Shown here piece by piece: positions 16,905 through 27,245 of a DNA stretch of 44,417 bases. Origin of the DNA: Frankiales bacterium (lineage in GTDB: Bacteria > Actinomycetota > Actinomycetes > Mycobacteriales > SCTD01); the NCBI GenBank assembly GCA_025352005.1, contig JANXUE010000291.1:1-44417 (forward strand), read 5' to 3'. The stretch's first letter is position 1. Each line of letters begins with the position of its first letter. Both the position numbers and the translations under genes were made by a program. Under the pieces are notes generated by a model, which saw only the letters and a program-made list of their open reading frames with translations, was not told the origin of the DNA and did no database searches.

Positions 16905-18217
16905 CAGGACTCTCCCCGAGCGGGCCGCAGCTCAAGGATCGCCCGGTTGTCGCGCCGCAGGGTCGCAGCGGCGGCGACGACCTGCTCCGTGGTCACGGAC
17001 GACAGCAGGTCGGGGAGCTCGTTGAGCAGCTCAGCCCGTCCGCGTTGCTGCTCGAAGACCGCAGCCTGGGTGGCCCGACCTAGGACGGGGTCGACCTCGC
17101 GCAGGTAGCGGGCCACCATCCGGGCGACGGTGCGCTGCACCTCCTCGGTAGTCAGGCCGTCGGTGACAAGCCGGTCGATCTCCTCATCGACGGCCGCGAT
17201 GACCGTGTCGGCCGCGACGTCCGGGGCGTGGTGCACCTCGAGCAGGAAGGGCGTGGGCTCGCGGGCGTCGAGCGGGTCACCCATGATGCCGAGGTAGCCG
17301 CCGATGCTGGTCGCGGTCCGGTCGCGCAGCAACAGCCGCTCCTGCAACCGCGAGGCGTCACCGTCGGTCAGGACCTCGGCCAGCACGACGTAGGGCAGGA
17401 ACCCGGCCAGATCCGCGGGATCCGGTGTACGCCAGGCGATCGCGACCGCCGGTGCGGGTGCGAGCTTGTCTTCGACAACGGCCCGTTTCTGCTCTGTCAG
17501 AAGCGGCTCGGCGAACGACGGTGGCGGCGCGACGGCGCGGCTGGGGATGTCCCCGAAATGCTGCTCGACCCACGCCATGACCTGCGCCGGGTCGATGTCG
17601 CCGGCTACGGCGACGACGGCATTGCCGGGCGCGTAGTAGCGGTCGAAGAACGACTGGGCGTCGGCGAGGGTGGCCGCCTCCAGGTCGACGAATGACCCGT
17701 AGCCGTCGTGGGTGTTGGCGAACGACGAGAACAGCACCGGCGGGATCTGAAGCCATGGAAAACCGCCGTACGGACGGTTCTGGACGTTGACCCTGATCTC
17801 GTTCTGGACGACGGCGACCTGGTTATCGAGGTTGTCCTGCGTCAGCGCGACGCTGCGCATCCGGTCCGCCTCGAGGAACAGCGCGAGCTCGGTCGCATTG
17901 CTCGGCAGCACCTCGTAGTAGTTGGTGTAGTCGACGTGGGTCGACCCGTTGAGGACGCCACCCGAGCCCTGCACGTAGGTGAAGTGCTCGGTCTTGCCCA
18001 GGCTGGCCGACCCCTGGAACATCAGGTGCTCGAACAGGTGCGCAAAGCCGGTGCGGCCCTCGGGCTCCGAGCGCATGCCCACGTCGTAGTAGACCGCCAC
18101 CGCCACGACCGAGCTGGTCTTGTCCGGCAGCATCACCAGGCGCAGGCCGTTGGCGAGCTGGGCCCGCTCGACGGCGTAGGAGAGGTGGAACGTCGGGGCA
18201 GGGGCTCGAGTCGGCAC
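16904..18217 (-). CDS. M16 (pitrilysin-family) zinc peptidase, catalytic subunit
   Basis: GFAHLFEHLMFQGS (HxxEH), LFLEADRM, YYAPGNA; leaderless TAGCGT-N6-GTG. Confidence 0.93.
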   Translation of the reverse strand: MPTRAPAPTFHLSYAVERAQLANGLRLVMLPDKTSSVVAVAVYYDVGMRSEPEGRTGFAHLFEHLMFQGSASLGKTEHFTYVQGSGGVLNGSTHVDYTNYYEVLPSNATELALFLEADRMRSVALTQDNLDNQVAVVQNEIRVNVQNRPYGGFPWLQIPPVLFSSFANTHDGYGSFVDLEAATLADAQSFFDRYYAPGNAVVAVAGDIDPAQVMAWVEQHFGDIPSRAVAPPPSFAEPLLTEQKRAVVEDKLAPAPAVAIAWRTPDPADLAGFLPYVVLAEVLTDGDASRLQERLLLRDRTATSIGGYLGIMGDPLDAREPTPFLLEVHHAPDVAADTVIAAVDEEIDRLVTDGLTTEEVQRTVARMVARYLREVDPVLGRATQAAVFEQQRGRAELLNELPDLLSSVTTEQVVAAAATLRRDNRAILELRPARGES

Positions 18218-18271
18218 GCCCTGACGCTAGTACGACGGGCCCGAGGGCACCGCCCGGAGGAAATTGCTGCC

Positions 18272-18697
18272 TCACGGGAGAGGAGCAAATCCCTCACGCA
18301 CGGCCGCTGCGGTCAAGTCTTCGTCGTAACAGGCGAAGGATGCGATGTCAGGGTCAGCCTCGCGGGCGACAACCGCCGTTCCAAGTTGAACCGCGTCATA
18401 GGCGCGAAGCCGATGCGTCGCCACCAACCGAGCCGCTTGCTCGAGCACAGCTGCGCGCACCGCGACCGCGACAAAGACCCCTCGATCGTCAAACCAGTCG
18501 GCTTCGAAGGCCGCACAGAGGATGCCGGCGTCCCTTGCCGAGAGCTCACCAGTGCGCGACTTGCGCCACAACGCCGCCGGCACCTCCACTCGCGCCAGCG
18601 CAGACACCACCATGACGGGGAGGCCGCGTACGTCGGCGGACCCGGCCTCGTCGGCGTACAGCTTGACCAGCGCGGACGAGTCGGCGAAGGCGGTCAA
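18272..18697 (-). CDS. vapC: PIN-domain VapC-family toxin
   Basis: ADSSALVKLY..E, RVEV, LRAYDAVQL, FACYDEDL acidic PIN residues. Confidence 0.9.
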   Translation of the reverse strand: MTAFADSSALVKLYADEAGSADVRGLPVMVVSALARVEVPAALWRKSRTGELSARDAGILCAAFEADWFDDRGVFVAVAVRAAVLEQAARLVATHRLRAYDAVQLGTAVVAREADPDIASFACYDEDLTAAAVREGFAPLP

Positions 18698-18703
18698 CGG
18701 CGG

Positions 18704-19003
18704 CTAACGGCGGCTGTCGCGCAGGTGCTCTACGAGGCTGGAACCCCGCCCAGCAGCAACTCGGGCAGCAGCGACCTGCGCTTCCGGAGGTCGCTGACGA
18801 TCCGATCCAGTCTCTGGTTCGAGGAGACCAGCCTGCGCCAGTCGCTCGCGCAACCGCTCGGCCTCGCTGCTTGCCGTAGCCGGGTCGCTCGCCGCCGCCA
18901 ACACGGCCGTGACCCAGTCGTTCAGGCTGCGTCCCCGCTGCTGCGCCTGGCGGCGTACCCGCTCAAGAAGCTCCTCCGGTGCACGCCACGTCATCTGCGC
19001 CAT
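18704..19003 (-). CDS. Ribbon-helix-helix antitoxin partner of VapC
   Basis: MAQMTWRAPEELLERVRRQAQQRGRSLNDWV RHH-like N-terminus; directly upstream of the PIN gene. Confidence 0.8.
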   Translation of the reverse strand: MAQMTWRAPEELLERVRRQAQQRGRSLNDWVTAVLAAASDPATASSEAERLRERLAQAGLLEPETGSDRQRPPEAQVAAARVAAGRGSSLVEHLRDSRR

Positions 19004-19024
19004 GCCTGCATGCTAGCAGGCATG
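19001..19024. promoter_or_regulatory. Palindromic TA operator enclosing the -10 box
   Basis: CATGCCTGC-ATGCTA-GCAGGCATG; the 6-bp spacer reads TAGCAT on the minus strand, 6 bp from the ATG. Confidence 0.75.
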
Positions 19025-19069
19025 CCGCATCATGAACCTTCGTCGGAGGAGGTGAAGCAACGAGGTGGG

Positions 19070-19807
19070 TCAGCTGCCTTGGTCCATGCTCCACATCTGC
19101 CACTGTGTGGTGCGCAGGCGGCGAGGTTGCCTAAGGACCGTCACCACCGCGAAAGCGACATCCTCCGGCCGTAGGTAGTCCGCCAGGGACGGGTCGCCCT
19201 CAGTGCGTCCAGCACCGATCGCGAACTCCGTTTCGACCCCCGCAGGGCACAGCGCCGTGACCCGAATGCCGTCCGGCCGGACCTCGCGGTCCAACGCACC
19301 GGCCAGCCCGACCTGGGCAAACTTCGTGGCGGCGTACACGGCCTCGTCGGCACCCCCACGCAGACCGGCCACCGAGGCCACGATCACCACGTCTCCTCCG
19401 CCCGCCTCACGGAAGGAACGGACGGCAGCCCGGACCGCCCACACGGTGCCCTCAACGTTGGTCCGCATCATCATCTGGAGGTCCTCGTCGGACCGATCCA
19501 GGATGCCGCCGTACATGCCGATACCCGCGTTGACCACGATGCTGTCCAGCCGCCCGAACGCGCGCTCGGCAGCCGTCACCAACGCGGCGGACGCGCTCGG
19601 TTCGCGCACGTCTCCCACCACCGCCACCACCCGTTCGGCGCCGAGTTCGGCGACCAGGGCATCCAGGCGATCCTTGCGCCGCGCTTGCACGACGACCCTC
19701 GCCCCTGCTTCGACCAACAGGCGGGCCGTCGCAGCACCTATGCCGGCACTCGCCCCCGTGACAGCGACAACCGTGTCAGTGATATCTCTCGTCTGAGCAG
19801 CCACCAT
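19070..19807 (-). CDS. Short-chain dehydrogenase/reductase
   Basis: TGASAGIG, VNAG, ASVAG, YAATK. Confidence 0.93.
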   Translation of the reverse strand: MVAAQTRDITDTVVAVTGASAGIGAATARLLVEAGARVVVQARRKDRLDALVAELGAERVVAVVGDVREPSASAALVTAAERAFGRLDSIVVNAGIGMYGGILDRSDEDLQMMMRTNVEGTVWAVRAAVRSFREAGGGDVVIVASVAGLRGGADEAVYAATKFAQVGLAGALDREVRPDGIRVTALCPAGVETEFAIGAGRTEGDPSLADYLRPEDVAFAVVTVLRQPRRLRTTQWQMWSMDQGS

Positions 19808-19938
19808 GGATCCATTCGATTCTGGTCCCGCCTGCAGCAGGGCACTCGAACAAGTATGACGTCAAGCGTGCGCGGGGCATCGGCCCAGGTGGCCGGGTGG
19901 TTTGCTGACAGTGACATCGACGGCTTACGGAGGACCCG

Positions 19939-20931
<993 letters not shown>

Positions 20932-20944
20932 CTGCGCACCGTCT

Positions 20945-21403
20945 CTACGCCTGAGCTCGTCCTGATCGCTGGCGCGTCCGGGCGTAGGCCCGGGCGATGG
21001 CGAGCACAATCAGTGCGCCTACCGCACTCGCGACGGCCGTAACAGCACCCGGGGCCACGGCTCGCGCGACGGGCGCCAACGCTCTCGGTCTGCCGGGACG
21101 CACATGTCGGCTGCCGAGCAGGAAACGCCCAGCAAGATTGTTGTCGACACCGGCTCCTACGGTGACGACCGCTCCGCGCGGGCCGGTGACCAGCACCTGC
21201 AGGTCGTGCTCATGGAGTTGCTTGGCCAGGACCGGGAGCACGCGATCTCCGTGACTTTCCAGCATTGCTGTCATCAGCGCCGGCGGGTCCTCCGCGTGCA
21301 CCCGGACCTGGTTGCCGTGTCCGCTGATCGTGCCATCGGTATGGGTCTGCCCCTCGTGAACAGAGAACGAGACCTGCCCGTCGACCCGCAGCGGGCTGGT
21401 CAT
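20945..21403 (-). CDS. Hypothetical protein with C-terminal membrane anchor
   Basis: ATGA overlap with upstream gene; beta-rich N-terminus; hydrophobic AVTAVASAVGALIVLAIA followed by a basic tail. Confidence 0.7.
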   Translation of the reverse strand: MTSPLRVDGQVSFSVHEGQTHTDGTISGHGNQVRVHAEDPPALMTAMLESHGDRVLPVLAKQLHEHDLQVLVTGPRGAVVTVGAGVDNNLAGRFLLGSRHVRPGRPRALAPVARAVAPGAVTAVASAVGALIVLAIARAYARTRQRSGRAQA

Positions 21404-21636
21404 GCCTTGGCAGCTCGGGTGTTGTCACGGTCGGTGGTCGTGATGCGCAATGTGCCGTTGAGCTTCCAGGTGGCCCGGGCGGCGTCAGGGCCGGTGTCGC
21501 GCGGCACCTCAACGGTCATGTCGACGAACGTGTAGTCGATCGCTGCGTCCTTGCCGGTGAGGTAGGACCACATCTCCTTGCCTAGGTCGGTCCAGTCGAG
21601 GATCTGCTTGTCTTTGATGTCCTTGGGGGCGGTCAT
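21400..21636 (-). CDS. 78-aa hypothetical protein
   Basis: AAGGAGA SD before ATG at 21636; WTDLGKEMWSYLTGKDAAIDYTF...WKLNGTLRITT; GC3-rich codons. Confidence 0.8.
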   Translation of the reverse strand: MTAPKDIKDKQILDWTDLGKEMWSYLTGKDAAIDYTFVDMTVEVPRDTGPDAARATWKLNGTLRITTTDRDNTRAAKA

Positions 21637-21764
21637 GGGTTCTCCTTGTGATGGGCGTGATGGCAAAACAATCGTGGACAACACGCTACGGCGCATCCCG
21701 AGAGCTTGGACGGGCGAGGGGGACGTCGATCGGTCGCCCTCGTGAGACGAGCACAGGTCCACCG

Positions 21765-23396
21765 TCAGCGGGCAGCCGCCCGGTCCACGACCTCCTTCAG
21801 GTCGAGACCGCGGGGCAGGGTCCCGAAGGCGGACCCCCAGTCGCCCTCGAGCCGGGAGGCGCCGAAGGCGTCCGCCACCGAGGAGGGTGCATGCCGGACG
21901 AGCAGACTTCCTTGCAGCACTAGAGCAAGTCGCTCCACGAGACGGCGTGCGGTCACCTCGTCGGCCTCCCCCAGGTCCTTCTGCAGGTCAGCAACGGCAC
22001 CGGTGATGCGGGCGTCATCAGCGAGCGCCACCTCGGCGAAGAACGCCTCGACGGACTCGGGCTCACGAGCCATCGCTCGAAGTACGTCAAGGGCGCTGAC
22101 GTTGCCACTGCCCTCCCAGACCGAGTTCAGAGGGGCCTCGCGGTAGAGCCGCGGCATGCCGGACTCCTCGACGTAGCCGTTGCCACCCAGGCACTCCAGC
22201 GCCTCAGCTGCGACGTTGGGGGTGCGCTTGGTGACCCAGTACTTCCCTACGGCGACAGCGAGCCGCTTGAAGGCCTGCTCCTGGTGGTCACCCCGGTGCG
22301 CCCGGTCGACGGCGCCCGCGAGGCGCATCATCAGGGTCGTCGCGGCCTCGGACTCCAGCGCCAGGTCCGCGAGGACGTTCTGCATCAGCGGCTTGTCCAG
22401 CAGCCGACCTCCGAAGGCGCTGCGATGGGTGGCGTGGTGGATGGCCTGCACGGTCGCCTGGCGCATCAGCGCAGCCGAACCGATCACGCAGTCGAGGCGT
22501 GTCATCGACACCATCTCGATGATCGTCCTGACGCCCCGCCCCTGTTCGCCGACAAGCCAGGCGACGGTTCCGTCGAACTCGGGCTCGGAGGAGGCGTTGG
22601 AGCGGTTGCCGAGCTTGTCCTTCAGCCGCTGGATCTTGAACGGGTTGCGGGTGCCGTCGGGCAGCACCCGAGGGACCAGGAAACACGACAGCCCTGCGGG
22701 GGCCTGGGCGAGGACCAGGAACAGGTCGCACATCGGCGCGCTGGTGAACCATTTGTGTCCACGCAGGACGAACGTGCCGTCTGCGCTCGGCGTGGCGGTC
22801 GTGGTGTTGGCGCGGACGTCCGACCCACCCTGCTTCTCGGTCATCCCCATCCCGGCCAGCAGCCCGGTCTTGGAGGTGGGCACCCGCAGGCCGGGGTCGT
22901 AGGACAGGCTCGTCAACAACGGCTCGTAGACCGCCGCGAGGTCGGGTTGCATACGCAGGGCGGGTACGACGGCGCAGGTCATGGAGATCGGGCAGCCGTG
23001 GCCGCCCTCGGCCTGACTCCAGGTGTAGAAGCCCGCGGCCCGGGCCACGTGTGATCCGGTCTGGGAGGAGGCCCAGGGCGCGCCGGCCAGACCTTCACCG
23101 ACGGCGACCTCCATGAGGCGGTGCCAGGAGGGGTGGAAGTCGACCTCGTCGATCCGGTTGCCGTAACGGTCGTGGGTCCTCAGCACCGGCTCGTTGTCGT
23201 TGGCCTCGACGCCCCACTGCTGGGCCTGGGCCGAACCGGCCCGCTCCCCCAGTCGGCGCAGGTCCGCGAGGTGCCAGCCGGCCCCCTCCCGCTGCAGGCC
23301 CTCGAGGAGCGCGGCGTCCCGCGACACGTCGTACCCGGACAGCGGTGGGGGTTGGTTGGTGACGTCGTGCGTGACCAGAGGTGTGAGGGGCGGCAT
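21765..23396 (-). CDS. aidB: AidB-like acyl-CoA dehydrogenase
   Basis: THDVTNQPPPL, CPISMT, MTEKQGGSDV, GHKWFTSAP, KDKLGNRSNAS, EALECLGGNGYVEE, SVWEGSGN. Confidence 0.9.
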   Translation of the reverse strand: MPPLTPLVTHDVTNQPPPLSGYDVSRDAALLEGLQREGAGWHLADLRRLGERAGSAQAQQWGVEANDNEPVLRTHDRYGNRIDEVDFHPSWHRLMEVAVGEGLAGAPWASSQTGSHVARAAGFYTWSQAEGGHGCPISMTCAVVPALRMQPDLAAVYEPLLTSLSYDPGLRVPTSKTGLLAGMGMTEKQGGSDVRANTTTATPSADGTFVLRGHKWFTSAPMCDLFLVLAQAPAGLSCFLVPRVLPDGTRNPFKIQRLKDKLGNRSNASSEPEFDGTVAWLVGEQGRGVRTIIEMVSMTRLDCVIGSAALMRQATVQAIHHATHRSAFGGRLLDKPLMQNVLADLALESEAATTLMMRLAGAVDRAHRGDHQEQAFKRLAVAVGKYWVTKRTPNVAAEALECLGGNGYVEESGMPRLYREAPLNSVWEGSGNVSALDVLRAMAREPESVEAFFAEVALADDARITGAVADLQKDLGEADEVTARRLVERLALVLQGSLLVRHAPSSVADAFGASRLEGDWGSAFGTLPRGLDLKEVVDRAAAR

Positions 23397-23612
23397 GCCC
23401 CTAGTGTCGCTCCCTATCGCCGATCGCGACGGAGACCCCGTGGCTGTGTTCGCGCTCAACAAGGGGCTCGACGAGGTGCAGCTCGCGGCGAAGGGCCGCG
23501 CGGACTACGCCCTGTCGGTGATCCGCGCATCGCGGTGCTCGTCTCGGTGGTCGTCGTGATCGGTGCGACCGCCTTCTGCTGGGGCTAAACGGTCCGTCGG
23601 TGGCGAGAGGTG

Positions 23613-24944
23613 CTACGGCGCAAGACTTTCCAGCAAAAGCAGCTCGGCCAGGCACGCGCTCTCCCACATCACCAAGTGCAGGCTCTCGTCGATGCCGTGC
23701 CAATTCGAGGACGGGTCACCGACGCCGGTGACGAGCACGGTCGCGCCAGGGTTGGCCCGGGCGAACTCTGCGATGAACGGGATCGACCCGCCCTGGCCCA
23801 TCTCGACGGCCTCGTTGCCGTAGGCCTCGGCGAAGGCGGCCCGCGCGAGGTCGTAGACGTCGCCGGTCGTCGACAGTGCGAACGGCTCCCCCGCGCTGCC
23901 CGTGACGACGGTCACAGCCGCCCCCCACGGCACATGCCGCTCGAGGTGCGCGGTGAGCGCCTTCAACGCCGAACCGGCCTCGTCGCCGGGGGCGAGCCGC
24001 AGGCTGACCTTGGCGCGAGCCCGCGGCAGCAACACGTTGGAGGCCTCGGCGGTCGACGGCGCATCAAGGCCCAGCACCGAGATCGCCGGCTTGTTCCACA
24101 GCCGGTCAGGGACGGTCCCGCAGCCGAGCAGCTGCATCCCAGGGACCATCCCGACAGCCGCCCGGAACTGCTCCTCCGGTACGTCGGCAGCGGTCGACGT
24201 CCCGACGTGCAGGCCCTCCACGGCGACGGTCCCGTCGTCGGTGTGCAGGGTCGCCAGCAGACGGCACAGTGCGGTGAGGGCGTCGCCCGCCGGACCGCCG
24301 TACACGCCGGAGTGCAGCGGGGTCTGGTGGGTCTGCACCTCGACATAGGCGTCCACGAGCCCCCGCAGGCTGGTGGTGAAGGCCGGTATGTCGACCCCGG
24401 CGTTCGCGGAGTCGGCGATCACGATCACGTCGGAGCGAAGGACGTCCCGGTGCTCGGCGAGCAGTGCCACGAGGGTCGGCGAGCCGATCTCCTCCTCCCC
24501 CTCGACGAACAGGACCACCCCGACCGGGGGCGTGCCACCGAAGGCCCGCAGGACCGCGAGGTGCATCGCGACCCCGGCCTTGTCATCTGCGGCTCCCCGG
24601 CCGTAGAGGCGACCATCGCGCTCGGTGGGCTCGAACGGCGGGGAGGTCCAGTGCTCGATCGGTCCGGTCGGCTGCACGTCGGCGTGAGCGTAGAGCAGCA
24701 CCGTCGGCGTGCCCGGCGGCGCCGGCCAAGTAGCGATGACGGCTGGGTGGCCGCCGGCCGACACGACCTCGACGGCCGCCGCCCCTGCGTCGGTGGCGAG
24801 CTCGGCGACCCGGTCGATGACGAGCCGCACGTCGGCGGCGTGGGCCGCGTCCGAGGAGATCGAGGGGATGCGGGCCAGCTCCACGAGGTCCAGGCGGGTG
24901 GCGGGAAGGACGGCGGCCAAGGCGGTACGCAAGGTGTTGCTCAT
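23613..24944 (-). CDS. M20/M25/M40-family dipeptidase
   Basis: YAHADVQP, GRGAADDKAG, EGEEEIGS, HSG.YGG, WHGIDES. Confidence 0.93.
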   Translation of the reverse strand: MSNTLRTALAAVLPATRLDLVELARIPSISSDAAHAADVRLVIDRVAELATDAGAAAVEVVSAGGHPAVIATWPAPPGTPTVLLYAHADVQPTGPIEHWTSPPFEPTERDGRLYGRGAADDKAGVAMHLAVLRAFGGTPPVGVVLFVEGEEEIGSPTLVALLAEHRDVLRSDVIVIADSANAGVDIPAFTTSLRGLVDAYVEVQTHQTPLHSGVYGGPAGDALTALCRLLATLHTDDGTVAVEGLHVGTSTAADVPEEQFRAAVGMVPGMQLLGCGTVPDRLWNKPAISVLGLDAPSTAEASNVLLPRARAKVSLRLAPGDEAGSALKALTAHLERHVPWGAAVTVVTGSAGEPFALSTTGDVYDLARAAFAEAYGNEAVEMGQGGSIPFIAEFARANPGATVLVTGVGDPSSNWHGIDESLHLVMWESACLAELLLLESLAP

Positions 24945-24967
24945 CGGTCCAGCCTAAGGTCGGGGGC
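24945..24967. promoter_or_regulatory. 23-bp bidirectional leaderless promoter
   Basis: TAGGCT (minus, 24951-24956) and TAAGGT (plus, 24955-24960) share a central TA, 6 and 7 bp from the two start codons. Confidence 0.7.
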
Positions 24968-25783
24968 GTGAGGATCTCCGCGCGCCAGCTGACCTTCGAC
25001 GTCGACGTGACCGGCCCCGAGGGGTCCCCGGTCGTCCTGCTGCTGCACGGTTTCCCACAGAGCCGGCACAGCTGGCGGCTCGTCCAGCCGTACCTGTCGG
25101 GCTTCCGGGTCGTCGTGCCCGACCAGCGGGGCTACTCCCCGGACGCCCGTCCCGCGGACGTCGAGGACTACCGGATCGCGCAGCTCACCGCCGACGCCCT
25201 GGCGATCCTCGACGCGCTGGAGGTTCCCGCCGCCCACGTGGTGGGTCACGACTGGGGGGCAGCGGTCGCCTGGCAGCTCGGCGCCCGGCATGCCGAGCGA
25301 CTGCTCACGCTGACGACCGTCTCGGTGCCGCACCCCCGGGCGTTCCTCACGGCCCTGGAGAGCGACTCTGAGCAGCGCGCGAAGTCGCTCTACATGCGCG
25401 ACTTCGCCCAGCCCGGCTACGACGGCACACTGCTCGCCGACGACGCCGCCGGGCTGCGGGCCCTGTTCGGTGGGCTACCGCAGGTGGACGTCGCCCACGT
25501 GGTCGCGGCGGCCCGTGAGCCGGGCGCCCTGGCTGCCTGGCTTCGGTGGTACGCCGCCCAGCGTCGCGAGGACATCGCCGACACCCCCGCGGTGACGGTC
25601 CCGACCCTGTACGTCTGGTCCGACCAGGACCTGGCCCTGGGGCGCGCCGCCGCCGAGGGCACCGCGGCGTGGGTCTGCGGGGCGTACCGCTTCGAGGTGC
25701 TCGCGGGCGTCTCGCACTGGGTGCCCGAGCAGGCCGCCGACCGGCTGGGGCCGCTGCTCGTCGACCACCTGGGCGCATCGTGA
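24968..25783 (+). CDS. Alpha/beta hydrolase, epoxide hydrolase-like
   Basis: HGFP, DQRGYS, GHDWGA (Asp nucleophile), SHWVPE. Confidence 0.92.
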   Translation: MRISARQLTFDVDVTGPEGSPVVLLLHGFPQSRHSWRLVQPYLSGFRVVVPDQRGYSPDARPADVEDYRIAQLTADALAILDALEVPAAHVVGHDWGAAVAWQLGARHAERLLTLTTVSVPHPRAFLTALESDSEQRAKSLYMRDFAQPGYDGTLLADDAAGLRALFGGLPQVDVAHVVAAAREPGALAAWLRWYAAQRREDIADTPAVTVPTLYVWSDQDLALGRAAAEGTAAWVCGAYRFEVLAGVSHWVPEQAADRLGPLLVDHLGAS

Positions 25784-26049
25784 GCCCCCGGCCTGTGGCC
25801 GTGCCGCGCCCCCGTTTCGTGGGGGTGCTGGCCGACGGCACGACGCCGTTCACGGCCGAGAAGCGGCTGCCAGGAACCGATCTAGGACGTGCGGCCGGCA
25901 TCGCCGGCGCCCAGTGGGAGGGGGTTATGGCAGCCCTTGACGCCGTCTCCCCCGGCGAGGTGCGCCAGTGGGGTGGCCGCTACCGACCCACGGTCGTGCT
26001 CACCGATCCAGCGCGCGGCATCCTCACGGCCGTCGTCGAGTGGCGATGA
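25780..26049 (+). CDS. 89-aa hypothetical protein
   Basis: GTGA overlap with the upstream stop and ATGA overlap with the downstream start. Confidence 0.6.
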   Translation: MSPRPVAVPRPRFVGVLADGTTPFTAEKRLPGTDLGRAAGIAGAQWEGVMAALDAVSPGEVRQWGGRYRPTVVLTDPARGILTAVVEWR

Positions 26050-26825
26050 CCATGCGGCTCGCGACCTTCAACATCCTGCACGGGCGGTCCCTGACCGACG
26101 GGCAGGTCGACCCCGCCCGCCTCACGGCCGCGGCCGCGGAGCTCGACGCGGACGTCCTCGGGATCCAGGAGGTCGACAGCGGTCAGGAGCGCACCGGCTT
26201 CCTTGACCAGACGGCACACGTGGCGCAGGCCATGGGCGCGCTCGAGCACCGGTTCGTGGCTGCCCTGACCGGCGTTCCGGGTGGCGAGTGGAGGAGCGCC
26301 CAGGAGCAGACGCCCGCCCTGAAACAGGCGCCTGCCCTTCCAGCGTACGGAGTAGGGCTGGTGTCCCGGTTGCCGGTCAAGGCCTGGCACGTGCTTCGCC
26401 TGCCCGCGAGCCGGGTCTGGGTGCCGCTGCCGATCCCCGGCACGCGACAGCTGATCTGGCTCAAGGACGAGCCGCGGGTGGTGGTGGCCGCCGAGCTTGA
26501 CGGAGTCACGGTCGCGACGACGCACCTGTCCTTCGTCGCCGGGTGGAACGTCCTGCAGCTGCGGAGGGCGGCGCGCTGGCTCGCCACCCTGCCCGGTCCG
26601 CACGTCCTCATGGGCGACCTCAACCAGCCCCGGCCGGTGGCCCAGCGCGCGTCGGGCTGGACCTCGCTGGTGACCGCCAAGAGCTTCCCGGCCGATGACG
26701 CGAAGGTGCAGCTGGACCACGTCCTGGCCTCCGCCGCCCTGCCCGTCCGCAACGCCCGCGCTCACCGGCTGCCGCTGTCAGATCACCGGGCGCTGACCGT
26801 CGACCTTGGCCAGCTCGGCCCCTGA
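26046..26825 (+). CDS. Endonuclease/exonuclease/phosphatase-family protein
   Basis: ATFNI, GIQEVD, TTHL, MGDLN, LDHV, SDH. Confidence 0.92.
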   Translation: MTMRLATFNILHGRSLTDGQVDPARLTAAAAELDADVLGIQEVDSGQERTGFLDQTAHVAQAMGALEHRFVAALTGVPGGEWRSAQEQTPALKQAPALPAYGVGLVSRLPVKAWHVLRLPASRVWVPLPIPGTRQLIWLKDEPRVVVAAELDGVTVATTHLSFVAGWNVLQLRRAARWLATLPGPHVLMGDLNQPRPVAQRASGWTSLVTAKSFPADDAKVQLDHVLASAALPVRNARAHRLPLSDHRALTVDLGQLGP

Positions 26826-27245
26826 GTATCGGACATCGTCGGTGACCTCGCAGACGTAGGCGAACGGCGGCCCGTCCGACCCCTCCGTCTCGGCGAGCAC
26901 CAGTCCGCTCGCGAAGCTGTCGACGGCCCAGTGGCTCGAGGTCGCCAGCAGGAGCCGGGTCTTGCGGATCGTCCACGCGGGGAGGCCACTGAGGAGTGCG
27001 TGCTCGCTGGCGTCCAGGTACAGGGTGGTGTGCGCGTTCGTGCTGGGCTCCGACTCGTCGTACCGGAGTTTCTGGCCCAGCTTGTGGACGGTGCTGCCGC
27101 CCTCCTCGACGGTGCGAAGCCTCAGCTGCGTGCCCTTCAGATACCGGTCCGTGAGGTGCAGCGTCCGTGCGACAGCCACCTCCGGTACGGCGGCCAGCAG
27201 GAACCGCCGTTCGCTTTCCACGTGGGCGTACTTCAGGGAGACCAT
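26778..27245 (-). CDS. CYTH-like (triphosphate tunnel fold) protein
   Basis: ESERRFL, DRYL, LRLR, IRKTR, AVD.F, LVLAE.E, EVTDD.RY; leaderless TACGTT-N6-ATG. Confidence 0.75.
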   Translation of the reverse strand: MVSLKYAHVESERRFLLAAVPEVAVARTLHLTDRYLKGTQLRLRTVEEGGSTVHKLGQKLRYDESEPSTNAHTTLYLDASEHALLSGLPAWTIRKTRLLLATSSHWAVDSFASGLVLAETEGSDGPPFAYVCEVTDDVRYSGAELAKVDGQRPVI

